Source of the DNA: an uncultured virus (IMG/VR IMGVR_UViG_3300037466_004244)
Lineage: Duplodnaviria; Heunggongvirae; Uroviricota; Caudoviricetes
Length of the DNA stretch: 20,000 nt
IMG/VR virus record: IMGVR_UViG_3300037466_004244
Strand: one strand, 5' to 3'
Shown here: in pieces, positions 1-7,163 of the stretch
Position numbering within the stretch: position 1 is the first letter of the stretch
Layout: each line of letters starts with the position of its first letter
Made by a program: the position numbers and the translations under genes
Notes under the pieces: model-generated
Told to the model about the DNA's origin: nothing
Seen by the model: only the letters and a program-made list of their open reading frames with translations
Databases searched by the model: none

Positions 1-511
1 CTTCCGGCGGGACTGCCGCCGCTGTCCGGAAGGCCCGCCCCTGGCACATCTCGACGAGGCGCCAGAGGAGGGACAGCAGCCCTCGCTTGAGCTCGATGGC
101 GTTCTCGAGCGGGAGGCTCTCGTCGCCGACGAGCCCGCCGCTCACCGCGGCCGTGAGCGTATGGGTCGTGATCACCCGGCTCGCGTCGTAGGCGCGGTAC
201 TCGTCCACCATCCGCAGCAGGGTCCGAAGATGGTGCTCTGCAGAGGCAGGAAGGTCAGCCGGGCCGAGGTACCGGAAGCATGCGCGCTCAGTTGCGTCGA
301 TCTGCCCGGACTTGAAGAGGATCGAGGCGTGGCTGACGGCGAGAATCCCGCGGGTTCGGACCTTGTCGGGAGCGACGTCGCGAAGGGCCCGCTCTTCGAA
401 GACGGCGGCCTCCGCATACTTCGTCCGGGCCTCTGCGATGCGTCCCTCTTCCATCGCCAACGCGGCGGCAGCAGAGAGGATCTGTGCCTCCTGATGCGCC
501 GCGCTGCTCAT
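1..511 (-). CDS. Helical/TPR-like repeat protein, partner of upstream nuclease-like gene (3' end runs off window)
   Basis: Absent from the ORF track. ATG at 511 overlaps the upstream TGA (ATGA). The frame is open to the window edge: MSSAAHQEAQILSAAAALAMEEGRIAEARTKYAEAAVFEERALRDVAPDKVRTRGILAVSHASILFKSGQ..., Ala-rich amphipathic helices. Confidence 0.75.
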   Translation of the reverse strand, partial: MSSAAHQEAQILSAAAALAMEEGRIAEARTKYAEAAVFEERALRDVAPDKVRTRGILAVSHASILFKSGQIDATERACFRYLGPADLPASAEHHLRTLLRMVDEYRAYDASRVITTHTLTAAVSGGLVGDESLPLENAIELKRGLLSLLWRLVEMCQGRAFRTAAAVPPE

Positions 512-1110
512 CTCAAGACCTCCCGCATCCGAATCAGACGAGCGTGAAACCCGATGACCACGGCGTATCCTGGCAGGTCTGAGACGCCATTGCGGAGTTC
601 CTTCTCCTTTTCGTTGAGCCGGCCCTCGATCCGCGCCGGGCTGCCGACCTCGACGCCCGATACCTCAAGTCGGTGGCTCCGTTCAAGATCATCCTCATCA
701 GCATGCATCTGGCCGTCGGAATGCATGTAGTAGTCGGCCCCGCAAGGCTGATCGGCGCGCTCCACCACAAAGAGGCCCGCGCTTGCCTCGATCGCGGCGG
801 CAGCAACCAGGTACGCCGCGTTGCACGTCGCATCCCGGCGGTTGTTGTGCGCCCCGCGAGATCGCTGGTCGGCGGGGCGCCAAGCCAGCGCGCGCCGCTC
901 CGCGAAGGGGCCCCGGAGGCGCGCCTGCTCCAGCGTGACTTCCATGTGGGCCGGCGACTCCCGACACGTTCGGTCAAGCACCACGCTCGCGCATTGAGCG
1001 TCATACTCGACCACCTCCCGGGTGAACGCACGATGGCGCTCGTGAATCCGGTGGAGATCAGGTAGTGGCTCGGCGGGGAGAGGAACAGCAGTGGCGCGTC
1101 GGCGTGGCAT
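508..1110 (-). CDS. Putative PD-(D/E)XK-like nuclease (conserved hypothetical)
   Basis: 200 aa. The motif pattern DATCNAAY...GADYY...RLEVSG...RLNEK...GYAVVIGF fits a restriction-like fold with D...ExS in place of ExK. It has its own promoter and is coupled to the downstream gene. Confidence 0.6.
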   Translation of the reverse strand: MPRRRATAVPLPAEPLPDLHRIHERHRAFTREVVEYDAQCASVVLDRTCRESPAHMEVTLEQARLRGPFAERRALAWRPADQRSRGAHNNRRDATCNAAYLVAAAAIEASAGLFVVERADQPCGADYYMHSDGQMHADEDDLERSHRLEVSGVEVGSPARIEGRLNEKEKELRNGVSDLPGYAVVIGFHARLIRMREVLR

Positions 1111-1118
1111 GCGTCGCG

Positions 1119-1147
1119 ACGATAGAACGCAAGAACGCGCGCTGCAA
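1119..1147 (-). promoter_or_regulatory. sigma70-type promoter, near-leaderless, for 508..1110
   Basis: Minus strand TTGCAG-17 nt-TATCGT, then 8 nt to ATG; no Shine-Dalgarno. Confidence 0.6.
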
Positions 1148-1164
1148 TCGCAGCTATTGACACG

Positions 1165-1371
1165 TCAACCCGGCCACCCCGGAACGTACGCCGCGAGGGC
1201 CGCCCGGATGACCTCGGCGGCTGGCATTCCGCGACGCTCCGCTTCGGCCTTGAGCGCCTCGTCCTGCGCCGGAGTGAGCTTCACGCTCCGCGGCGCAGCA
1301 CCCCCAGGCGTGTAGCTGCCGTCGGCCCGACGAGCCGTCCGCGTCGGGGGCAGTCCCTTCGGTCGCGCCAC
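1165..1371 (-). CDS. Ribbon-helix-helix (CopG/Arc-like) DNA-binding protein
   Basis: RSVKLTPAQDEALKAEAERRGMPAAEVIRAALAAY is a typical beta-alpha-alpha RHH pattern. Confidence 0.8.
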   Translation of the reverse strand: MARPKGLPPTRTARRADGSYTPGGAAPRSVKLTPAQDEALKAEAERRGMPAAEVIRAALAAYVPGWPG

Positions 1372-1372
1372 G

Positions 1373-1474
1373 TCAGACCGCCCGACGCCGATCCCAACGC
1401 CACGCGAGCCACACGCCGAAGGGGATGGCTGCGAGGAAGATGGCTCCGATAATCTCTGTCTGAAGGGTGGTCAT
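1373..1474 (-). CDS. 33-aa single-pass membrane peptide
   Basis: Below the ORF-track cutoff: MTTLQTEIIGAIFLAAIPFGVWLAWRWDRRRAV. GGAG SD upstream; exactly fills the gap between the HNH and RHH genes. Confidence 0.7.
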   Translation of the reverse strand: MTTLQTEIIGAIFLAAIPFGVWLAWRWDRRRAV

Positions 1475-1475
1475 T

Positions 1476-1760
1476 TCAACGTCTCCGCATGTTCGGGGGA
1501 GGAGTAGAGCGCAGCACCGGGAGCGGCGCTGCGGTATCGGCGGTGGGCGCGTTCTGGCGCGTCAGGTTGCAGGGCCGGCAGGCGAGCACGAGGTTCGACA
1601 GGTCGTTCCCGCCACCCGCGTCCTGTGAGACAAGGTGCTCGAGAGTCGCCCGCTCATCATCAGAGCAAGGGGGCTCCTTCAGCACCCGGCGGCACCAGTG
1701 GCACCGCAAGCCGTCGCGCGCGGCGACGAGGCGCCTCAGGGTCTTGTGGCTCCGGGACAT
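1476..1760 (-). CDS. Small HNH endonuclease (94 aa)
   Basis: RDGLRCHWC...ATLEHLVSQDAGGGNDLSNLVLACRPCN. Start moved to ATG 1760, which has a GGAGG SD. Confidence 0.88.
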   Translation of the reverse strand: MSRSHKTLRRLVAARDGLRCHWCRRVLKEPPCSDDERATLEHLVSQDAGGGNDLSNLVLACRPCNLTRQNAPTADTAAPLPVLRSTPPPNMRRR

Positions 1761-1884
1761 CGATCCTCCGGGTAACCGGGACGAGGGTGCCGGGGCGGTC
1801 GGCCCGCCCCGCAGGATGCTGTTGCGTCGTGTCTGGCTGTCCACCTTCCGTCCTGCGGTGGCGCCCGCGTTCAAGTCGCCAGAT

Positions 1885-1913
1885 TGGGTGGGGGCCTTTG
1901 GGGCCCCCACCCA
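1885..1913. other. Perfect 12-bp hairpin just downstream of the 1920..2039 stop
   Basis: TGGGTGGGGGCC-TTTGG-GGCCCCCACCCA. No U-tract on either strand. Confidence 0.7.
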
Positions 1914-1919
1914 GGGTCT

Positions 1920-2039
1920 CTACCTTCTCCGCTTCCAGTGGGAGCGGAGGCGCTTCCCGAGGAAGTAGAGGAGGAACCCAAGTGCGGTCCCAAGGGCGGC
2001 CGCGGCTGCGGTGGCGACGATGAACTCGGTAGGCGCCAT
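1920..2039 (-). CDS. 39-aa single-pass membrane peptide
   Basis: MAPTEFIVATAAAAALGTALGFLLYFLGKRLRSHWKRRR, with AGGAG SD before ATG 2039. Confidence 0.75.
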   Translation of the reverse strand: MAPTEFIVATAAAAALGTALGFLLYFLGKRLRSHWKRRR

Positions 2040-2100
2040 GCAGGTTCTCCTGTTGAGGTTGATGTCGTCGGCGAGAACCACTCTCGCTCTCGACGTTCTC

Positions 2101-2129
2101 AATATGCCTTATGCGAGAAGTTCGCGCAA
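2101..2129 (-). promoter_or_regulatory. Leftward sigma70-type promoter of the moron cassette
   Basis: Minus strand TTGCGC-17 nt-CATATT. AT-rich UP-like tract at about 2140-2165; 5' leader hairpin GCGAGA...TCTCGC at 2071-2087. Confidence 0.6.
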
Positions 2130-2212
2130 GTCTCGACGTGAAGAAACCCGAAAATTTATGAAGTTGTGGTCGATAACGTGTCGGCACGCGCGTTCGTTTA
2201 CATGAGCCAGAT

Positions 2213-2244
2213 CTCTTGACAGGTCAAGAGCACCGCGCCATACT
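2213..2244 (+). promoter_or_regulatory. Rightward sigma70 promoter overlapped by a palindromic operator
   Basis: TTGACA (2216-2221)-17 nt-CATACT (2239-2244). Perfect inverted repeat CTCTTGAC-AG-GTCAAGAG at 2213-2230. Confidence 0.75.
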
Positions 2245-2270
2245 GCGCAGACAAGGCGCGGTTCGATGGC

Positions 2271-3791
2271 ATGCGCGTTCGCCTCCGCAAGACTTCCGCC
2301 CCCGACGGCCTCCCGGCGAACCAGGCGCAGGTCTACCTCTCCTCTGCGGGGGTGATCCGCGTCGCGAAGGGCGACGGCACCGACATCAGCCTCGAAGGGG
2401 GCTCCGGCCCCACGCTCTCCGACGCCACCCCCGCCGACCTCGGCACCGCCGACGCGGGCGCCTCCGACGAAGCCTCGCGCGCTGACCACGTCCACGCGAT
2501 GCCCACGGCGTCGGACGTCGGCGCCGACCCCGCAGGCACGGCGTCCGCCGCTGTCACCGCGCACGCCGCGGCGACCGACCCGCACGGCGATCGTGCGTAC
2601 GCGTCCGGGCTCGTTACGACCGAAGCCTCGTCGCGTTCTTCCGGCGACGCGACGAACGCCGCCGCCATCACCGCCGAAGCCTCTGCCCGTGCCGCTGCGG
2701 ACGCTCTGCTCGTCCCCACCTCCGCCGCCTTCGCCGTCGCCCCGCTCGCCAGCCTGACCCTGACGAGCGCCTACGAGCTCATCGGCCCCCACATCGTCCG
2801 CAAGGTCGTCGCGACGGGCTTCGACGCCGACCCGCCGACGAACTGGACGCTGACGAACGGCAGCAAGCTGACGAGCCACAGCGTCTCCTCCGGCGTGCTC
2901 ACCATGCAGCACGACGGCACCTCGGCGGATGGCTACGGCAGCGGGACCAAGACCGCGCCGTACTACCTCCACACGCTCACGCCCCGCCCGACCGGCGTGC
3001 TCGAGATTGTCTGCCGCGTGCAGATGACCGCGAACGGCGGCGACGGCGACGCGGTCCGGTGGTACCTCGGGAGCGCCGAGGGCGGTGACTCGCTCGGCTT
3101 CGACATCCTCCGCGTGTCGTCCTCGTCGTTCTCGCTGCGGGTGTGGCAGAGCTCCACGGCGAGCACGATCCTCTCCGGCCAGACCTCCACGCAGGCGGCG
3201 ACGGGCTGGTGGACACGCCTGCTGGTGTACCCGAACGGCGACTACACCGCGCACTACGCCACGGGCTCCGGCTCCGAGCCCGCGGACAGCGCGTGGACCT
3301 TCGCGAAGTCCGGCAACTCGGCGCAGCTCGCGACCGCTGCGGCGGGAACGTGGGTGCTCACGCCGGTCGTCACGCGCGCGGCTGGCACGGGCGCGACCGG
3401 CACGTTCTGGCCGACCCGGCTGCGCGTCCTCGGCGGCGTCCCCGGCGTCAGCGGCTACACCCCCGGTGCGCTCCTCTACACCGCGAACAGCGCGCTCACG
3501 ACGCACAGCGACGCCTACGTGGGCGGGACCAGCGACGCGCGGCTCAACGCCTGCGTCCAGGCAATGCTGGCGAACGCGCTGAACCGGCTGCCGAACGACT
3601 CGGCGACGTGGGAGGTCACCGTACAGCGCCGGACCGCGGCGGGCAGCTACGGCGCCGCGTCGTGGACCGGCACGGGAGCGGTCGCATGCACGGGCTCGGG
3701 CGAGTTCGTCCAGATCCAGATCCGCGCGACGGGAACGGGCACGCAGGGGTCGGCCCTCTACGCCGCGCTCGCCTTCACGGTGTCGCCATGA
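2271..3791 (+). CDS. Tail-fibre-like virion protein (506 aa)
   Basis: Ala/Thr/Gly/Ser-rich, with tail-fibre-type motifs SRADHVHAMPTASDVGA and HAAATDPHGDRAYA, and a beta-rich C-terminal region. Strong GC3 bias; lies upstream of lysis-type genes. Confidence 0.7.
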   Translation: MRVRLRKTSAPDGLPANQAQVYLSSAGVIRVAKGDGTDISLEGGSGPTLSDATPADLGTADAGASDEASRADHVHAMPTASDVGADPAGTASAAVTAHAAATDPHGDRAYASGLVTTEASSRSSGDATNAAAITAEASARAAADALLVPTSAAFAVAPLASLTLTSAYELIGPHIVRKVVATGFDADPPTNWTLTNGSKLTSHSVSSGVLTMQHDGTSADGYGSGTKTAPYYLHTLTPRPTGVLEIVCRVQMTANGGDGDAVRWYLGSAEGGDSLGFDILRVSSSSFSLRVWQSSTASTILSGQTSTQAATGWWTRLLVYPNGDYTAHYATGSGSEPADSAWTFAKSGNSAQLATAAAGTWVLTPVVTRAAGTGATGTFWPTRLRVLGGVPGVSGYTPGALLYTANSALTTHSDAYVGGTSDARLNACVQAMLANALNRLPNDSATWEVTVQRRTAAGSYGAASWTGTGAVACTGSGEFVQIQIRATGTGTQGSALYAALAFTVSP

Positions 3792-4021
3792 TCGTGACGA
3801 TCGAGCCGCGCCTCCCCCGCGCCGTGTGCTGGGACGGCTCGTCCGATGCGCTCGCCGCCATCCGGACGCTCGTCCCCGACGTGGACGAGCTCGGCGGCGA
3901 CGTGCTCGGCGCCCGCGGTGCGCTCGTCGCTGTGGGCGACTGGGTCACCGACGGAGCCGGCGCGCCCGACGTCATCCCCGCGGCGGAGTTCGCCGCTCAC
4001 TGGACCGCTCGAACGGAGTAG
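3788..4021 (+). CDS. Phage hypothetical protein (AVxWxG...GDWV pattern)
   Basis: ATGA overlap with the tail-fibre stop; MIVTIEPRLPRAVCWDGSSDAL...VAVGDWVTDG...PAAEFAAHW. Confidence 0.7.
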   Translation: MIVTIEPRLPRAVCWDGSSDALAAIRTLVPDVDELGGDVLGARGALVAVGDWVTDGAGAPDVIPAAEFAAHWTARTE

Positions 4022-4026
4022 AGCCG

Positions 4027-4383
4027 ATGCCCGACCCCACCCCTCCCAACGGCCCCCACGGCGCAGCACAACTGCTCGCGGCCGCCGACCTCGAGGCCCG
4101 CGTGGCCGCGCTCGAGCGACACCCCGCCCTCGCCGGCTGGCTGGCCGTGTCGCCGAGCCTCCGGACCGCGCTGATCTCCGCCATCGTCACCGCGGCGATC
4201 GGCATCATTGGGGCCGGCGGGTCGTGGGCGGTGGCGACGATCCAGGCGCACACGCCGGCGGTGGAGACGGCCGTGCCGGCGCCGACGGTGCCGGACGACG
4301 CCGACGCGATCAGGGCGGCGCTTCCGGACGAGCCCGCGCCGGGGCCGGCGGTCGAGGACGCCCCGCCCTCCGAGGCCCCCTGA
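4027..4383 (+). CDS. Single-TM membrane protein (holin/spanin candidate)
   Basis: LEARVAALE coiled segment, hydrophobic ALISAIVTAAIGIIGAGGSWAVA, Pro/acidic tail. Confidence 0.6.
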   Translation: MPDPTPPNGPHGAAQLLAAADLEARVAALERHPALAGWLAVSPSLRTALISAIVTAAIGIIGAGGSWAVATIQAHTPAVETAVPAPTVPDDADAIRAALPDEPAPGPAVEDAPPSEAP

Positions 4384-4781
4384 TGTCCACCGTCGTCCTC
4401 CTCCCCACCCGTCTCGCCGGTGCCGTCGTCACCGGCGGTCTCGACGTGCAGCCGCCCGTCCTCACCACCACGCGCGGCAACGTGCGCGAGAGCGAGGCCA
4501 CGACCGCCGAGATGACGCCCGCACAGGTCGCGACGTTCCGCGGGCTCCTGCCGCCGGGGCCGAACGAGGCGGACGTGCGGGGCGCGCTGCGGGTGGTCGG
4601 GATCCCATGGCCCCAGCGCGTCGATGTGTCCATCGCCGTCGATGTCGGCCCCTTGGTCGCGCAGTTCGACGCCTTCCGGGCCGCGGTCGCGCAGGTCGAG
4701 ACGGCGTGGGCGGCGCTGTCCCCCGAGGCGCGGCGCGCAGTCGGGACGGTCACGATCACGCTCGGCGAGGTGGCGCCGTGA
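4383..4781 (+). CDS. Hypothetical protein
   Basis: TGATG overlap, MSTVVLLPTRL..., GC3-rich codons. Confidence 0.7.
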   Translation: MSTVVLLPTRLAGAVVTGGLDVQPPVLTTTRGNVRESEATTAEMTPAQVATFRGLLPPGPNEADVRGALRVVGIPWPQRVDVSIAVDVGPLVAQFDAFRAAVAQVETAWAALSPEARRAVGTVTITLGEVAP

Positions 4782-5014
4782 ACGGGCTCGCGCTGCTCCT
4801 CGCCGCCGCGTGTGCGCCCGTCGGCGGTGGCTCCGTCGAGGTCCTCCCGCCGTGTCGGACCCCGCAGCCGTACGTGCCAGCCCGCCGCTTCGCCCGCGAC
4901 ACGCCGGGTGCGGGCGGAGACGCTCCGGCGCCTGGCCGCCACCAGAAGCACGCGTCCCCGGAGCGAAAACGCGCCCGGAAGGCGGCGCAGAAGGCACGGA
5001 GGGCGCAGCGATGA
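4778..5014 (+). CDS. Small Pro-rich basic protein, possible lipoprotein
   Basis: GTGA and ATGA overlaps at its two ends. N-terminus MNGLALLLAAAC resembles a lipobox. Confidence 0.55.
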   Translation: MNGLALLLAAACAPVGGGSVEVLPPCRTPQPYVPARRFARDTPGAGGDAPAPGRHQKHASPERKRARKAAQKARRAQR

Positions 5015-5580
5015 CCTCCCCCTCCCACGCCGACCTCCGCGTCCTCGTCACCTCGCGCGGGCTGCGCTGGTTCACCGGCGCGTACAACCTGAACGTCGTC
5101 GCCATCCGTGGCCCCGCCGTCCTCGACCGCTACGCCGACCTCCTCTGCGTCGCGTGGACCGACGAGCGTGGGCAGGAGCGGATCCTCTGCTTCCCCGCGA
5201 GCACCATCCCGGGCGCCTCGACGTTCGCGACGCTCCCCAACGCCGCGGGGGCGCCGATGGTCGCGCCAGGCCAGTACCCGGGCTGGACCGTCAGCGACCA
5301 CCACGGCCGCCCCTGCCTGCGTCCGCCCGGCGCGATCCCGGTGGTGCGCGACAACGACCGCGACGGCACGCCGGGGAACACGCGGATCGCCTCAACCTCG
5401 GACGGCATCCTCGTCCACGGCGGGAGCACGATCCCGACGCAGTCGGTGGGGGACTGGTCGGCTGGGTGCATCGTCGCGACGCTCGGGGCGTTGGAGGTGA
5501 TCGTGACGCTGATCGGCTGCCAGCGGGCGGCGGGGTTCGGGTCGCGGGTGACCGTGACGGTGGTGGAGGTGTCGTCGTGA
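5011..5580 (+). CDS. Putative endolysin, L,D-transpeptidase (YkuD-like) fold
   Basis: LNVVAIR...STIPG...PGQY...VVRDNDRDG...GILVH-x13-SAGC provides a His/Cys catalytic motif; lysis-region context. Confidence 0.7.
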   Translation: MTSPSHADLRVLVTSRGLRWFTGAYNLNVVAIRGPAVLDRYADLLCVAWTDERGQERILCFPASTIPGASTFATLPNAAGAPMVAPGQYPGWTVSDHHGRPCLRPPGAIPVVRDNDRDGTPGNTRIASTSDGILVHGGSTIPTQSVGDWSAGCIVATLGALEVIVTLIGCQRAAGFGSRVTVTVVEVSS

Positions 5581-5942
5581 CGCGTCTCCCCAACATCGAA
5601 GGACTCGACCCCGGAATCCGGGAAGTCGTCGCGCTCCTCCGCGTCAACGGCTTCGAGACGACCGACAGCGGGGACGGCCGCACGAAGATCGGCAATCCCG
5701 CATGGAATCAGGAGTGCCTGCTCGACATCCCGCATGTGTTCATGCTCACCACGCCGGACCGACTCGTTCAGGAAGCGGACCGGCTGGCAGACCTGATCGC
5801 CGCGCGCGGTGTCGAGGTCGGGACAGCGAGGGTCTGGATCGAGGCGACCTACTCCCCGCGAGACAGGAAGGGGAAGCGGGCGATCCTGGGGCTGCTCGGG
5901 CTGGATGATGCAGGGCTCGCCAAAGCAAGGGTGAGCCCATGA
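5577..5942 (+). CDS. Hypothetical protein with TYW3-like N-terminal motif
   Basis: GTGA overlap. LDPGIREVVALLRVNGFETTDSGDG resembles the D..I..LV..LN..G..T..SC.G motif. Confidence 0.6.
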   Translation: MTRLPNIEGLDPGIREVVALLRVNGFETTDSGDGRTKIGNPAWNQECLLDIPHVFMLTTPDRLVQEADRLADLIAARGVEVGTARVWIEATYSPRDRKGKRAILGLLGLDDAGLAKARVSP

Positions 5943-6214
5943 TCCACCGCCTCCTCCGCTGGTTCCGCTCCCTCGCCGAGCACCACCGCCGCTCCCGTCT
6001 CCGCCTCTCCGGCCCGCTCCGGGGCGTGCTCGTGACGTGGACGCACCCCACGCGCGGCACGTTGACGGCCCGCGCGACGGAGCACGTCCTCGACGGCAAC
6101 GGGCGGACGGTGCGGCTCGTCGTCGCGTGCCCATGGGCGCATGGGAGGCTCATTCTGGCGCCGCGAACCGATCCGAGGGCGTGCGTGGCGGGGACGGTGA
6201 GGAGGGTGGGGTGA
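5939..6214 (+). CDS. Hypothetical protein
   Basis: 91 aa, coupled by overlaps on both sides. Confidence 0.6.
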   Translation: MIHRLLRWFRSLAEHHRRSRLRLSGPLRGVLVTWTHPTRGTLTARATEHVLDGNGRTVRLVVACPWAHGRLILAPRTDPRACVAGTVRRVG

Positions 6215-6429
6215 CGCGGTCGAACTGCCTGCTTGCTGCGCTTCACGTCTGGCGCCGTCTTGGTGGGCAGCTCGTGGTGGTCCGAGGACCCTGCCGCGCC
6301 TGCTGGTGGCCGCACTTCGGGATCGAGGTACGGCCGGGCTGGGTCGTTCACTTCAAGGCGATCCGGATGCGGGATCCGGTACCGTGGTTTCGTGGTCGGC
6401 TGCGTCGCGAATGGATGGGGCCCGCCTGA
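6211..6429 (+). CDS. Hypothetical protein
   Basis: GTGA overlap with GAGGAGG SD; MTRSNCLLAALHVWRRLGG...WWPHF...WFRGRL. Confidence 0.6.
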   Translation: MTRSNCLLAALHVWRRLGGQLVVVRGPCRACWWPHFGIEVRPGWVVHFKAIRMRDPVPWFRGRLRREWMGPA

Positions 6430-6734
6430 TGCCCACCGCCGCCGAACGCGACGCCGCCACCCTGGCCTACCTCCGCCAGCTCGGCCGCGTCGTGGCCGGG
6501 CTCGACGCCAAGGCCGATCAGGTCCTCGCCGTCGCGATCGAGATCCGCGACCTGCTGAAGTCCACGTTCCTCCTCTCGTTCGAGCGGTCCGTGGAGAAGC
6601 ACGGCCCGCTGATGCTCTTCGCGGGCCTCGTCGGCCTCGCCGCGCTCCTGTACGTCGTCGGCGCGATCGTCGTGTCGCTCGTGCAGGGCGTGCCCCTCGT
6701 CACGTTCCCGACCCTCCCCGGAGTCGTGCCATGA
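6429..6734 (+). CDS. Coiled-coil plus C-terminal TM protein (holin-like candidate)
   Basis: TGATG overlap; heptad-like N-terminal half followed by LMLFAGLVGLAALLYVVGAIVVSLV. Confidence 0.65.
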   Translation: MPTAAERDAATLAYLRQLGRVVAGLDAKADQVLAVAIEIRDLLKSTFLLSFERSVEKHGPLMLFAGLVGLAALLYVVGAIVVSLVQGVPLVTFPTLPGVVP

Positions 6735-6904
6735 TCGCCGTCGTGCCCGCGCCGATGCGGCCGCGTCCGTCCCTGCCCCCCATGACGGAGCGCGAGCGGC
6801 TCCTGCTCATGGGGGATCTGCTCGACGCCGAGGACTACGACGGGGTCGTGGCGCTGGAGGAGGACCGGGAGGAGCGGGAGCGGGTGGAGCCGGGGGTGGC
6901 TTAG
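6731..6904 (+). CDS. Small acidic hypothetical protein
   Basis: ATGA overlap; its stop overlaps the stop of the convergent gene (TTAG at 6901-6904). Confidence 0.55.
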   Translation: MIAVVPAPMRPRPSLPPMTERERLLLMGDLLDAEDYDGVVALEEDREERERVEPGVA

Positions 6905-7143
6905 GGGTCGAGCCCCGTCGCCTTCCGCCCAAGCGACCGCAGCCACGCCCCAGCAGCTCCACGCGGCTCCTCGCCCTTCTTCGTGGGCCGCTTGAACCCA
7001 GCAGCGAGCGCCGCCGCCTCGAACGCGTCGACTTCGTCCGTGGCGACACGGATCGTAATCTGCGTGCCCTCGGAGTCGGCAACACGGGGCTTCCGGCCAC
7101 CACCGGGAGCGCGCTTGCGCTGATCGTCGGGAACGCGAGGCAT
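6901..7143 (-). CDS. RHH-like DNA-binding protein
   Basis: RAPGGGRKP basic arm plus QITIRVATDEVDAFEAAA. ATG 7143 is preceded by extended -10 TGGTACCCT; GTG 7167 is an alternative coupled start. Confidence 0.65.
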   Translation of the reverse strand: MPRVPDDQRKRAPGGGRKPRVADSEGTQITIRVATDEVDAFEAAALAAGFKRPTKKGEEPRGAAGAWLRSLGRKATGLDP

Positions 7144-7163
7144 GGGCGGGGAGGGTACCACGG

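Noticed and set aside
1885..1913. Rho-independent terminator
   Set aside because: Strong stem but no U-tract on either strand; kept as an unexplained hairpin.
1476..1919. IscB/HEARO or Cas9-like RNA-guided nuclease
   Set aside because: The HNH protein is only 94 aa, with no RuvC, PLMP or bridge-helix motifs.
2109..3506. 465-aa minus-strand ORF and similar long Arg/Gly/Pro-rich ORFs (3972..5105, 8929..10326, 17365..18588)
   Set aside because: Shadow frames of real genes in high-GC DNA: low-complexity translations with no motifs.
2271..3791. Diversity-generating retroelement or invertible tail-fibre cassette
   Set aside because: No reverse transcriptase, invertase or duplicated template repeat seen in this window.
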